Source of the DNA: Fimicolochytrium jonesii
Lineage: Eukaryota
Assembly (NCBI RefSeq): GCF_025526975.1
Contig: NW_026515678.1
Span: 62,001 to 126,000, forward strand
Length of the DNA stretch: 64,000 nt
Reading direction: 5' to 3'
Shown here: positions 50,798 to 62,727 of the stretch, one piece after another
Numbering within the stretch: position 1 is the first letter of the stretch
How the letters are laid out: each line of letters starts with the position of its first letter
Position numbers and translations under genes: made by a program
The notes under the pieces: model-generated
The model's database searches: none
What the model saw: the letters and a program-made list of their open reading frames with translations, nothing else
What the model was told of the DNA's origin: nothing

Positions 50798-51253
50798 TTG
50801 TCGAGATTCACACGAAGGTTCAAGTTTCTTTTGTGATGAAGGTCGTTGAAAAAGGAATGGGGAAAGCAGTCGAGAAAAGGTCGTGAACCACCGGAAAAGC
50901 TGCAGCCGAAAACCCGATTGACGGCACAACCTTGGAGATTGGAAAAATTGACACCGCGTCGGACCCTTTCACCCGCCGTTCCAAAAAGTTTCCCAAACAC
51001 GATCCGAGAAACCGACATCGGGGCACCATAGCAAGCACGGTCGATCGTTCATAGAATTCGGACCATCCACAAATATACGTATAAAAAAGTTGCGAAAAGC
51101 AATACACATCAACACGTACGGAATCCAATTAAACAAAAGGACATCGAAACATAGAAACAACCACCACCAAGTCCAAGGAGCAAAGTGTGGGGCCCATTCC
51201 AAAAAACACATTCCACACGCGATCCCAAGAGCGCTAAGATTGTTCCGGGTTGT

Positions 51254-53739
51254 CTAATCAACCTTGATCCCCGCGAAAATCTTCCTCACAAACACCAACG
51301 TCGCAAAGAATCCGACCGCGCCCGTGAGGATGAAGAAAAGGGACGAGAGGACGAGAGACCATCCGAAGTAGAGGATCTTGGACGAGAAGTTGTCCAGTTC
51401 TGCGCAAATTGTGTTCGAGTGGTCTCGTCAGATAATGATGAGGAGATGTAGGGAGAGAAAGTCGGGTTCGAGTACGTACCTAGTTTTCGGAAGTAGTACA
51501 CGATGCTGTACATGAAAACGTAGAACCCGCTCGCGCCGGAGGTGAGGAATGCGCGCCATGGCCAGTAGTAGTCCTGCAAGAGAAATCAGAAATGATCCCA
51601 CCCCCGAACGGAACGCATATCCACAGCCCATACCTCAGAGCACAAATGGAAGTAGCACATCAGAATGGCAACCTCAGAACACGTGACGACCAAGATGACA
51701 AACACGAGGAAGAGGAACCCAAATACGTAGTAGACGCTGCCCTCCCAGATGGAGTTCATGATGAACCACAGTTCGATGAAGATGGCGCCGAAGGGGAGGA
51801 TGCCGCCGATGAGGGCTGCGATCCATTTATTCAGGTATAGGGGCTGTAGGGGATCGCGAACTTAGGTCCTTCATCGAAGCGGCATGATTCAAGTTACGTA
51901 TGACAACATACCTGAGGAGGAATCTGCCTCGGAATCTGGTTGGTCTTGACCGGGTTCTGGATCGCGGGGGCCTTGAAGCCAAAGTAGGCTCCAAACATAC
52001 AGGCGGGCAGGGAAACCAGGAACCAGAGGGCAATGATGGCCAGCATGGTGGAGAACGGGACGGCGGCGGAGGAATGTGCGCCGATCAGGAAAAAGTTGAG
52101 GAATACCAGGATGCCGAAGACCAGACTAAATGTACATGAATATGGGAATGCGTCAGGAGATGTACCGTACACGTTACGAGATCGGGAAGGGATAGAGGGA
52201 CCTACCCAGGGACCATAGTACCGGTCAGGAATACGTTGCGCTTCCACATCTCTCCTTGCAGCATCTTGTACGTACGCGCCGATACGTATCCAGCGACGGA
52301 CGCAAAGCATATGTAAAAGATGAGCGCGACGGTGCTGAGGGATCCGCGGGACGACATCGACAGGAACCCAAGGACGGCGAACACTGAAGATATGAAGCTT
52401 CAGACGGCACTGCTTCACTTCCAATCAAAAAATCAATCGAGCAGGCCAGTAAGACATACCAAGCGTAACGCCAGCCATGCAAGCAAGCTGGGCACCATTC
52501 CCAAGCAACACCGACAACAACATCCGATGGGACGGGGGTCGGAACACATCAGCGTGAACAAGTTTCCACCCAAAGTCCTCCTGGCCTCCATCCTCATCTC
52601 CAAAAGTGTTGTACCGGGCGATATCCTTATGCAGCGCACGCAAGAGGATCATAGCAATCATTCCGGTCAGCATCAATACAATGACGACCGAGTTGATGAT
52701 GCTGAACCAGTGAATCTGGGGTTCCTGGGTCTTCAAGTAGTGATCCCATCGCGTTCCCCAGGACGTGGAAGATTCGACCCATTGAACGAAATATGTGAAC
52801 TGGACCTTATTGGAGTTCTGAGTGCTGAGTTCGAGCGGGGCGGCATCGGGGTTGCGGCACGCCTCTGGTTCTTCTGGCTTGGTAAGGACGCTGCGAGGAG
52901 ACACGATGACGCCGACGACGCGATAGAGCTTTTCTTTGGTGGTGCTGGTCGTCGATTGATGATATTGAATCTCAATGTCGTAGTGGTTGTTGAGGTACGG
53001 TATTGGCTCGGTCTTGAGAATCGGAGAAGTGGCGTATTAGATGCAAAGCCGCCAATGTGACATCGTAAACGGTAAGCAGTTGGGACTCACCTCCTCAGTG
53101 TCATATAATCCCATCGCAAATCCAATCTTGTACAGAAAGTCGCCGTCGTCCACACTTCCTCTTCTCGCTGGCGTAGCCTCGTCCCGCTCCCGCGTCCACT
53201 TCTCTGCTGCAGGTAATCCATCAACGAACCAGCTATGCTGATACTGTTCTTTTATGCGGGCATTGATGAACTGAGCATCAAGCGCGTCGATGTCCACAGC
53301 CGATCCAAGCTGCTTGCAACTCGTATCACTCTTCAACATCTTGAGCTATCGGGACCAACGACCGTCAGTTTGGCGAAACGACGCGGTCCCTCTACGTAAG
53401 GCATGTCCGTACCTGAAATAGCGAGTTGTGCATCCGATCTCCAAACAAGATGCTTCCCAAGCTCTCCCGCTTGTCCTCGATATGCGGCGGACGAGGGTGA
53501 TGGAACTGCTCATAATAGTAGTCGTACGGTTCCAGATTCACTTTCGAGGTCAAGACGTTGACATCGAGCGCAACTACATCGCCCTCGCGGTAGTCTTTCG
53601 GCGCGACACCCGGTAAGTAGAATGCGGTGACTGGGGTGAGCACTGCTGCTACGATAAGGAGACTGAACCAGGAAAGGTATCGGCGTGGTTGGCGAGCTGC
53701 TGTTGGGCGGCAAGTTGGCCGCTTCTCTGTTGAGGGCAT
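51254..53739 (-). CDS. TM9SF/EMP70 nonaspanin
   Basis: [60 protein letters not shown] and C-terminal IKVD*. Confidence 0.96.
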
Positions 53740-54340
53740 CTTTTCGTTGAGCTGCACTTGGAACACCGCTAAAGCTTTCACAAGCACGAAGGAAGGTGCA
53801 AAGCGGAAGGTCTCTATCGTATGAGGTTTCTTCCTGTGTCCGGGCGAAAAAGTTCCACCGGCTGGTAACGATTCTTCAGGCCGCGGCGGACTGAATCGTC
53901 GACGGGTTTTCAGCTTTCGCAGGGTTCTGCGGCTGCCGCTGCTGCGCTTCGAACGGAGATCACTTTCCGGCTATGAGAGCAGCGAAACACAACCGGCCTG
54001 TGCACAAGTACTGTACGCAATGTGATTTCAGCCCTCTTCCCTTTGAGCACTTAGCGGCCGCTGGACTAACAGCAGAGAGACGCTAAGGACTTGCTTGCAG
54101 TTGAATGCGGTGAGGTCCAGTCGTCTGTTTGATTGACTTCTGAACTTGGGAGGGCGGAAAGCTGCCACGTCCGGCGTCTTGCACAGCCACGCGTGTAAAT
54201 TGTGGGGCATGGATTCCAGGGGGTGTCTGGTCTTGAGTTGATGAATTTTGGCTGGAACACGTAACGATGTCCATTGTTTCCGCGCACGTCCGAGCAGAGC
54301 CGACCAGAGAGCCGACAGGTCTCGCTCGAGGTCGCGCGTA

Positions 54341-54524
54341 CTCGTGCCAAGGTCTCGTATATCATACTCGCCCGCAGTCGCGCCGTGGGCGCTCCGGCGG
54401 CACTCTCTGGAGAGAGTGCCGGACAGTCCAACGCAAACGACAGTCCAACGCACTTAGTGGCCCAAAGTCTGGGTACGACGCCCCAAGGACACGGTCGAGT
54501 ATGATACGAGACCTTTGGCACGGG
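54341..54524. mobile_element. Second TA-flanked MITE (184 bp), Tc1/mariner/pogo-type
   Basis: Imperfect TIRs of about 33 bp: CTCGTGCCAAGGTCTCGTATATCATACTCGCCCG (54341-54374) versus the reverse complement of 54492-54524, CCCGTGCCAAAGGTCTCGTATCATACTCGACCG. TA at 54339-54340 and 54525-54526. Confidence 0.75.
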
Positions 54525-54641
54525 TAGATAGCGCCACTGGTAAACCGCGGTTTTGCTTGTTTCGTTGTGTTTTCTTTCCTTCTCACCTCGCTCACGCAAT
54601 CGGAAACTTCACCTTTACTGCAATCGACATTGAAAAAAGCA

Positions 54642-55871
54642 ATGTCGGACCCCAGACAGCGCCCATCGATTCTCATTCCTCCCGACCGTGAAGGGGAAGG
54701 TTTTCACCTGGCCCAATTTTGGGAACATGAAACAGCCTTGCGCTTCCGGGGCTCGGAAAGCCTTCCTTTGGACTGGAAATTTGCCTACCAGTATAACCCG
54801 GAGAAGAAAAAAATCATCTACAACGAGAATCACCTGAAGAAATTGCACCATGCCGCGACAGAACTGAACGACTATGATAATCCGTACGCCACCTTGATGA
54901 TCAGGGGCCCTAAGGATCTCGGTCCACAGCTCCAAGCGACGACAGTCATGCTTCGCGTATTGGGACCCACCGACGATGGCACCACCCCCCCAACCTTCCA
55001 TGGAACGGCGTTTTATGTTGCACCCACCATGTTGCAGACCGCCAGACACAATATACAGCCCATGGAGAATGTATCGGCCGCTCGCCTGCAATTCCGCACG
55101 ACCCATAACACGTCGGACAGCAATTCGATCTCGGCAGGCTTCAAGGCTACTCCTATTCGCCCAGCGGACGACTCGGTTAATTTGCCACAAGCCGAAGGTG
55201 TTGAAGACAAGGATCCGGTGGATTGCTCCGGGTTAAAGTATCAGAACGACTTTACGTTTTTAAAGAGTAACCGAACGGTTGGCCAAGTTTTGGTTCCCGG
55301 CATGCCGGCCGATGGATATGTGGTCGCTGCTGGATTTCCTGGCGCTCCAAAAGAAGAGGACGCAGTGGCGGCCGCCGCAGATATTGTAGACGAATTACGC
55401 CACCAAGATGTCGATCAGTATATCAAGGCCGTCGTGGGCAGGGTTACCAAGCTGAGCCGTTTGTTTCACGAAGATGTATTGAATATTTCTCCAGGAGCGG
55501 TCGTTCAACAGGGCTTGCGAATCGCGACACACGATTGTACAACACTGCCTGGCTTCTCCGGCGGCCCTGTTATTCTCATCGCCTCGCCTGGTGTGTTCAT
55601 CGGACACCATATTGCTGGTACCAATCTTCCGGCTGCCGGGCAGAATCTTTTCTTGTGCTCAACCCATCCGGCTTACGTTGCCGAGTATGTCAAGCACGTC
55701 CTTCCCGAGCTTTTCGAGGCCCTAAAGACCAATGCTGGACTCCTCACGTCGATTCAACAGCGGCACTTTTCTGCTTGGTTGAAGGCAACCTGCGGTGCGC
55801 CCGACATGGATTTACTTTCTTGCATCAAGTCGATATTGGAAGACAGGACCGACGGGGGGAGGGGGGGATGA
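54642..55871 (+). CDS. Intronless trypsin-like (PA clan) serine peptidase, no signal peptide
   Basis: GTAFYV..LQTARH (His), NDFTFL (Asp), HDCTTLPGFSGGPV (Ser), followed by FIGHH. Confidence 0.8.
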   Translation: MSDPRQRPSILIPPDREGEGFHLAQFWEHETALRFRGSESLPLDWKFAYQYNPEKKKIIYNENHLKKLHHAATELNDYDNPYATLMIRGPKDLGPQLQATTVMLRVLGPTDDGTTPPTFHGTAFYVAPTMLQTARHNIQPMENVSAARLQFRTTHNTSDSNSISAGFKATPIRPADDSVNLPQAEGVEDKDPVDCSGLKYQNDFTFLKSNRTVGQVLVPGMPADGYVVAAGFPGAPKEEDAVAAAADIVDELRHQDVDQYIKAVVGRVTKLSRLFHEDVLNISPGAVVQQGLRIATHDCTTLPGFSGGPVILIASPGVFIGHHIAGTNLPAAGQNLFLCSTHPAYVAEYVKHVLPELFEALKTNAGLLTSIQQRHFSAWLKATCGAPDMDLLSCIKSILEDRTDGGRGG

Positions 55872-56100
55872 ACCCAACCCTACGTAGCTTGCGGTGCGCC
55901 CGACATGGATTTACTTTCTTGCATCAAGTCGATATTGGAAGAGAGGACGGACGGGGGGCGGGGGGGATGAACCCAACCCTACGTAGCTTGCGGTGCGCCC
56001 GACATGGATTGAGTTTCTTGCATCAAGTCGATATTGGAAGAGAGCACGGCCGGAGAGCACGGCCGGGGGGCGGGGGGGATGAACCCAACCCTACGTAGCT
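55791..56100 (+). repeat. Three tandem copies of a 99-bp unit spanning the protease stop codon
   Basis: Units at 55791-55889, 55890-55988 and 55989-56100; the third carries an internal AGAGCACGGCCGG duplication. Confidence 0.92.
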
Positions 56101-57772
56101 TTCAAAGGTACCCAAACTCATTGTGTATGGAGGCGTGTCTATTAGCATAGCGAAGCGTATGAGGGAATTGGAGGGCTGTATTGGCATTGGGAACGGCGTA
56201 GGCATCAAGTATCTGTATTTGCTACCAAAAAAGACTTCGCGGTGGTGTGGGCACACAAATTTGGGACGGCGACGTGAGAAAAAGACGGGAGATGGAGCCC
56301 GACACCGTACCGGAGAGCGGATCTTCGAAGAAGGGAGAGGAAAGGAGTGACGACGACGAAGAAGATGCACCAGGAACAGTTCAGCATCATCCCAACGGCT
56401 TCGAGTATTTGATCACTCCTATTCGGTTTTGAAACTCCAGAAAGGCAAAGTGTGCACGTCGAGGCATCAATGTCCGTAGCTCGGAAAAAGCAGAGGACTT
56501 GGCAATTCTGATTACAGCCTGGCAGGAAGGACAACTCAAAAAAAGGAGGACATATCAGCATTCGTATCGGGGTGAATAGGAAGCATATCCTTTTGCGGTC
56601 AAATCCGTATGCATTCCCACTCATCACGATGATAAAAAGCGTATATATAGGCACCAGATAGATTAGATATAATCACCAGGAAGAAGCTTATGCAGAGATC
56701 AGAGTGCGATTCATTGCCAAGCGATAGCGGCAGCTGTGCTCTACATATGAGTTGCAGTGCACGTATTCGTACAGGTCAGCTGTCTGCCTGTCCGGCCGTA
56801 CATGGTCTGGTTTTGGATACCCTACTTTCAGCCCGAACTCCCCGTTGCTAGCCACTCCCAGCCCGGGCGCACCATCATCCTTGGAAGATCCGGTTTCACA
56901 AGCTCCATGAACGCATCGAAATTGTTCAAAGTAGAGCAAACATATATATATATATATACTTAGATACGTCGGTATCGCCAGACTGCATAGAACGATGGAA
57001 ATAGGGGAGAATGACTATAAGACCTGCGGCCAATGCTATGTCTTTCAAGATATCTTTTGGTGTCCTTTTTGTTTCCATTGCGTTGCGCAGGCTTTAATAA
57101 GTCTGATGTACGTGGCGGGACTCGGGCAATGCTTTTCCCCTTGGATGGCCTTCACCCGACTCCTCCCACTATATATATACACATAGACATAGAACCACAT
57201 CCGCGAATCTCCCTTAATGGGGCAGTCTTGTCTCTTCTTATGCTCCAGCTGCTCGAACTGGATCTGGAGGTTGCCATATTTGCAGGACAACCGGCTTCTT
57301 CCAAACATTTTACAAAATCGGCATCAGAAGCAGGCTCTGTTCGAGCAGCAAATCTGAAGGTAATATGGAAATATGCGCACCCTCCGAGACACCGATTCCA
57401 GCTCCATCCTTCGATCATCGTCGCATTCCAAAGAACGCGAGCATCGGACATCCCGACGCAGTGAAGATGAGGTTTGAGGTCTACTCCAGCTTGTATGGTC
57501 CCGATCCATCCGGCGGAGTACAAGATTGCTGCTCGAACACCATACTGTACGTGTGTGCGATGCGGGGTAGACTGAAGGATGCCAGTGCTCGCCCATGTCC
57601 TCAAAAATCCCATGTCCTGAAAAAAGCCAGTGGTGGAAACGCGTTCTCAATGAGCAACGCGAAATGCCGCAGCTAGCGCGCTGTCGTAATGCGGTCATTC
57701 ACGCGAAGTCGAGACCAGAGAGACCTTGGCATCGAGGTGCTTACCCTCACGCAACGCATAACCACCACCATC

Positions 57773-58711
57773 ATGACATTAGCAAATAAAGTCGTCCTGC
57801 GCTCCAAATGCGTCGTTCTCGGTGAGTGAGTGAGTGAAGACTTTCCATGTACATCAATCACACTCGTCGGAATATTGCTGACATTACCAAATGCAAATGC
57901 AACCAGGCAACCCCGGCTCAGGGAAAAGCGCACTCGTGCAGATGTTTCACTCGGATGGGTCGCAGTATCCTAAGACGTACGCCATGGTGTGTTCAAACAG
58001 GGAGCGAAAGAAACAGGATATCGCTGTCTTGGTTGACACCCGATCGGATACTCACCCGAAAATTTCTCAGACAATCCACTGCGATGTGTGCGTCAAAGTC
58101 GTCAACATCCCTGACACGGACGTTTCCGTGGAGCTCTTCATCCACGATGTCGGCGGGCATGATGCCTTTCAGGAAATGTGGCCCCGCTATGTACGTGCAC
58201 AACCCACCCCTCCGTATACCTATCCGTTCCCTACCCTTTCCTCGAATCCCACCATCCCTCCCCCTTCCCGCAGATCGAATCCGCCACAACCTTCGTCCTC
58301 GTCTACGACGTAACTTCCCTTGACTCCTTCAAAGCGCTCCCCAAATGGATCCACCTCGCCCAACAGCGCATCAAGCACATATCCGGCAAAACGCCCACAA
58401 CAACAACGAATAGGGAGATCACGGGTGTCGTGGTGGCAACCAAGACCGACCAGACGTTGCGACGCGTTGTGAGCCGGAAGCAGGGGGAGGAGGCGGCGAG
58501 GGGGTTTGGGTTGGCTTATATGGAGTGTTCGGCTGTGAGTGTTGTCTTGATTTTTGGGGATCTCAAGATTATGGGAGGGGTCTTCTCATCTTTATATTTT
58601 CAAATGCAGGCAACAAACACAGACGTAGATGCACCCTTCTATTTTCTCTCCGCGGCCTTCCACGAGCAGTTCGAGGGGGTTGTCAAGAGTCTTGTGAGGT
58701 TCGCTGCGTAG
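57773..58711 (+). CDS. IFT27: Intraflagellar transport GTPase IFT27/RABL4
   Basis: LRSKCVVLGNPGSGKSALVQMFHSDGSQYPKTYAM, VELFIHDVGG, VATKTD and DAPFYFLS. Confidence 0.9.
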
Positions 58712-59121
58712 ATCAGATCAGATCAACATCAACCCATGCATATAAGTAAAATATCCGCATTGCAATACGATCCACCAATGTTTCTCGACAACCATAGCAT
58801 TGAAAGGGTAGATCAAGCTACGACAAAACAGAAAGAATGGGAATGCGGGCTCGAACTCGGGTAAGGGTAGTAAAAAGCACAGAGGGGCAACGAACAGAAA
58901 GCCAAAAATGTCACAGAGGGTACTAACTAGAAGGGGAGATGTAGAACCGAAAGGCATTTATAGATGCAAGAACAAATTTGGGGTGGCTGTCTATCCGAAG
59001 GGCAAAGACGTATTGCAACAAAAAACAGATGGGGGTTCGCCAAGCTGAAATCGTAAAGCATGCGTGCTGCTCCAATGTTCGTTCTGCGCGGACGGATGGT
59101 GTCTGTCTCCTCCAATTGAAT

Positions 59122-62100
59122 CTACTTGGCGCTATACCGTCTCCAAAACCTCCACTCGCGCTCTCGTCCACTCGTCAAATCCAGCCACTCCCCGATGCGT
59201 TCCCACATACGCTCAGCATGCACGCCGCCAAGGATATCGATATGTCCATACGACGTGCCCGGGTCGATCGAGTACGACATCGGGAAGGTGGGCTTTGTTC
59301 CGGAGCCTGAGGCCGTGGGAGTCATTGACGGGGGCGGGGGGAATTCCGAGGAGGAGGTGGCGAGGGGGGATTGGCCGGAGGGGAGCGGGGTGGCGGGTTT
59401 GCGGTTAGAAGAGGATGGATTTGCGGAGGCGGCACGGGAGTGGGAGAGTTCGGAGGAGGCGCGGGTGAAGGAGGATGGGATTGCGGGGCGGGGGTGGTGG
59501 TGGTGGGATCTTGGTTTTAGAGGGAGGGTGAAGAGCGATGTTGAGGAGAAGGATTTGAGGGGTGGGCGGGGACGTTCGAGGTCGATTGGTGGTGGTGATC
59601 GCGCTTCTGATGGGTTTTTGGGGGTGATGTCGGCGTTTGGCTTTGTAGGGGTGGGTAGTGGCGGATGGGTATCGGAAGTTGGTATCGCCGAACCCGTTAT
59701 GGGGAACGGCGCGCCGGCCCATGAAATGTGCGCTCCGGCGGATGGCTCGACGACTCGAGGGGAGAAGCGCACCGTGCCCTTTTTACTCCCACTGGTCGTC
59801 CTAGTGCGCTCCTGATTCGACCCCGTGCTATTCGTGCTAGCAAGGGACAAGTTGGACGGTGAGGCTCGCATTTTGTAAGCACCGCACAGCTCCTCGGGCG
59901 GTAGCAAACTTGTAGCAGGTCCTGCCGGTTCGGCTTCGGCATGGCCCTCCGGCGCGTCGGCAGCCGATGCCACAGCGGCGTAGCTAGCTGGCTGCGGCAT
60001 GGATCCCACTGCCTTTCCAGCAGATGTGTTGTGATGCGACAATGACGAATGTGCCGACAGCTTGTGAGAGTGCCCATGGGCATGCGAATGACTATGCCCG
60101 CCGCGGTGCTTCATACTCGGTTGGCCGGAATGTTGCTGCATCGGGTCAATCGTTGCCATATGCTCTACAGACGGCGAAGCAAGCGGGGTCGGGTTGGCGC
60201 TCACATTTGGCGACCGATGCACCACCGGATCATCCCCAGTAAGCAGCACATGCACAGCGTCTTCCATGCTTTCTTTCAGTCCCCCGACGATCGTCCCCCG
60301 AAGACGCTGGGTATCTTCCGCGGTATTCCCAATGTCCTGTTTATCTGTCAAAGGCTCGTCACCCGCGCCTGTGTAGAACTTCTTCGCTGCGGGAGCCGCG
60401 CCCGGTGCCTTTGCACCACCAACCTCGCTGACTCCGACGGGAGCAGACTTGAGCACGTCGCCGTCTTCGTAGCGGATGACCTCTTTCCAAAGACTTCCAC
60501 TGCGCTCGTAGCCGATCAAGGAATCTTTCATCCGGATGACACCGTCGGCGTTCGCATAGCAGAAGAATAGCGGGAGGTGAGCGAGCTTTTCAAACTTTTC
60601 TAAGTAGGGGGTGAGCTCGTTCATGTGGGCTGCGCTTTCCGACTGCTTGGAATCGCTGTTCGACGATGAGGACGAAGACGCATCTGCAGACTTTGCTCTC
60701 CTTTTCGGCTGAGAGCCGGTGCTGGAGCACGAGGTTGTCGACGCAGTGGATGAGGTCCGCGTGGTACTCGGCGCCGGCGGCAACTTCAACTGCGAGCTCT
60801 CATCCCCATCTTTACCCACGGCCTGATCGCCCGCCAATATCTCACCCTCCGCAGCCTCGGCCCTCAAATCGGTGCTATTGCTCACCCAATCGTTGTAGAA
60901 TTCATGGTGGATGGCCATCTGCGCGATGCTCAAGTAGATCCCCACGCTCGGGCTTTCCACGCTGGCTTTCATGAGACCCCATGGGTCTTCGACGGAGTTG
61001 GGGACCCACGGACTTGGGTAGACGGCGTTCATGATGGCTTTTTCGACGCGCCCGGGTACAAATCGCCGAAGAAAGATAAGGGAGGATATCCAGGAGCGAA
61101 CGGGGATGGGCTGGCGTTTGAGATGCGTGAGGAACTGGCGTGCGTACTCGAGGATGGCGGGCTGTTTGGGCGGAGGTAAGGGGGTTGCTGCTGGAGATGA
61201 CGTGAACGATAAGCCATAGCCAGTTAAGGTACGGACAAGCAACCAATGAGGCATTTAAACTTACGACTGAGTCCGTTCAACCGCGGCGGTGGCGGCAGCG
61301 CCGGCCTCTGAGTGCGATAGTCGCCAGCAGCGTTGCCTCCGATGACATACGACACTCCGTGTACGATTGGCGATACGACGGCAGAGACGGAGCGGACCGC
61401 CAACTCTGTTGAGCCGCGGACGAGGGCTTTGATGGGTCCTGGACAGAAGGCTTTGTACAGATCGATGGCTTCGCTTAGGCCAGGAAGCGTGTAGTGATAC
61501 AAGCCCGCCAGCTGGAAGTCGCGGAGAAAGAGGATGTCAGCAGAAGATTATGTGTGTCACATGCACTAAGGTCCGAGTACTTACGTGAATGACACCCGCG
61601 ACATCATCCGGATACAGTCCGGCAACAGCACACGATAGTGCTCCACCCATGCTATGTCCAATCAAATACACCTTGGAATATCCCCCAATCCGCTTGATGG
61701 TGCTCAACGCGCTCGGGATGTCCACCTCCACATATTCCTTCATGCTAGCCGGCCGTTTCGCACCCAGCGCCAGCGACTCCGCCGTGCCCCTCAAATCCAC
61801 CGAAAACACGTCGTAATCCCGCTGCGCCAGAAACTCCGAAAACGAAGGGCCGGACTTACCCAGCCCGCCGCCGAGATGGAACATCTGACGATTGGACGCG
61901 AATCCGGGGACGAGCAGAATGGCGCCTTTGGCCGCCTCGGCACCTTTAGCAAATACCGTGCGAGTGCATTCGCGGTCCATGGGCAAATAGCCCGAGTTGT
62001 CGAACAAGGGTACGCTGTAATCCTCGCAGAAGACGGTGAACTCGCCGTCTAATGAGACGCGGGAACGGGCGTTTGTGCGCTTGATGATGCCAGAGTCGCT

Positions 62101-62727
62101 GCCGATTCCGGTGAAGCCGAGTTTGGATTTGGATGAGAGGGTGGTTGTGGAGATGGACACTGGGAGTGGGGTGGTGTTTCTTGTATGTGATGGTGGGTAA
62201 GGTGATGGGTCGATTGACGGGGATGAGGTCGTTTCGGAAGATGTTGACGTGTTGTCATTGGCGGGAGTCTTTGGAGTGGAAGTCTGTGATGGTCGCGACA
62301 ACGCAGCTCCAGGGAAGAAGTTCATTGCCGTTTCTGCTGCAGAGGCCAGATGCGCATCGGTATCTGAAACGATTCTTTTGGCGCCCATGATGGTTGCCCG
62401 CGAAAGAGATCCCGCCGCTCGCCTCACCGCATGTGTCGCAGCCGATACCGGCACGCCACCGGGCGCACATGTAGTCAGTGGGCCAGCGACAGGCGTCGAT
62501 CCGGACATGTTCACCCCGAGCGGGACAGACAGCCTCTTCTCGGCATCGGCGGTGAGTAGCGACGAGGCGCCCATCGATGGTTTCATGAGCACCTCATTTG
62601 CGAAAAAGCTAGGTTTGTTGGGGGTGGCGGTGTCGGTGTTACCATCTGCGCTCGTGCCGCCGGTTGATGTGGGCAAGGGAGATGTCAACGACGACGGTGG
62701 TACAACCTCCAATATCCGTGGCAGCAT
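59122..62727 (-). CDS. Alpha/beta hydrolase with long low-complexity insertions
   Basis: LLVPGFASN, VFSVDLRG, nucleophile elbow GHSMGG and C-terminal SYGHIDILGG. Confidence 0.85.

Noticed and set aside
55791..56100. CRISPR-like array
   Set aside because: Contiguous 99-bp tandem units without unique spacers, a eukaryotic context and no cas genes.
56585..56593. ATATCCTTT, a U12-type 5' splice-site match
   Set aside because: No supported upstream exon and no convincing TCCTTAAC branch site with an AC acceptor; likely chance.
56940..57613. (TA)n tracts and a 153-aa minus-strand ORF as a possible transposon remnant
   Set aside because: No TIR, TSD or transposase motif could be identified.
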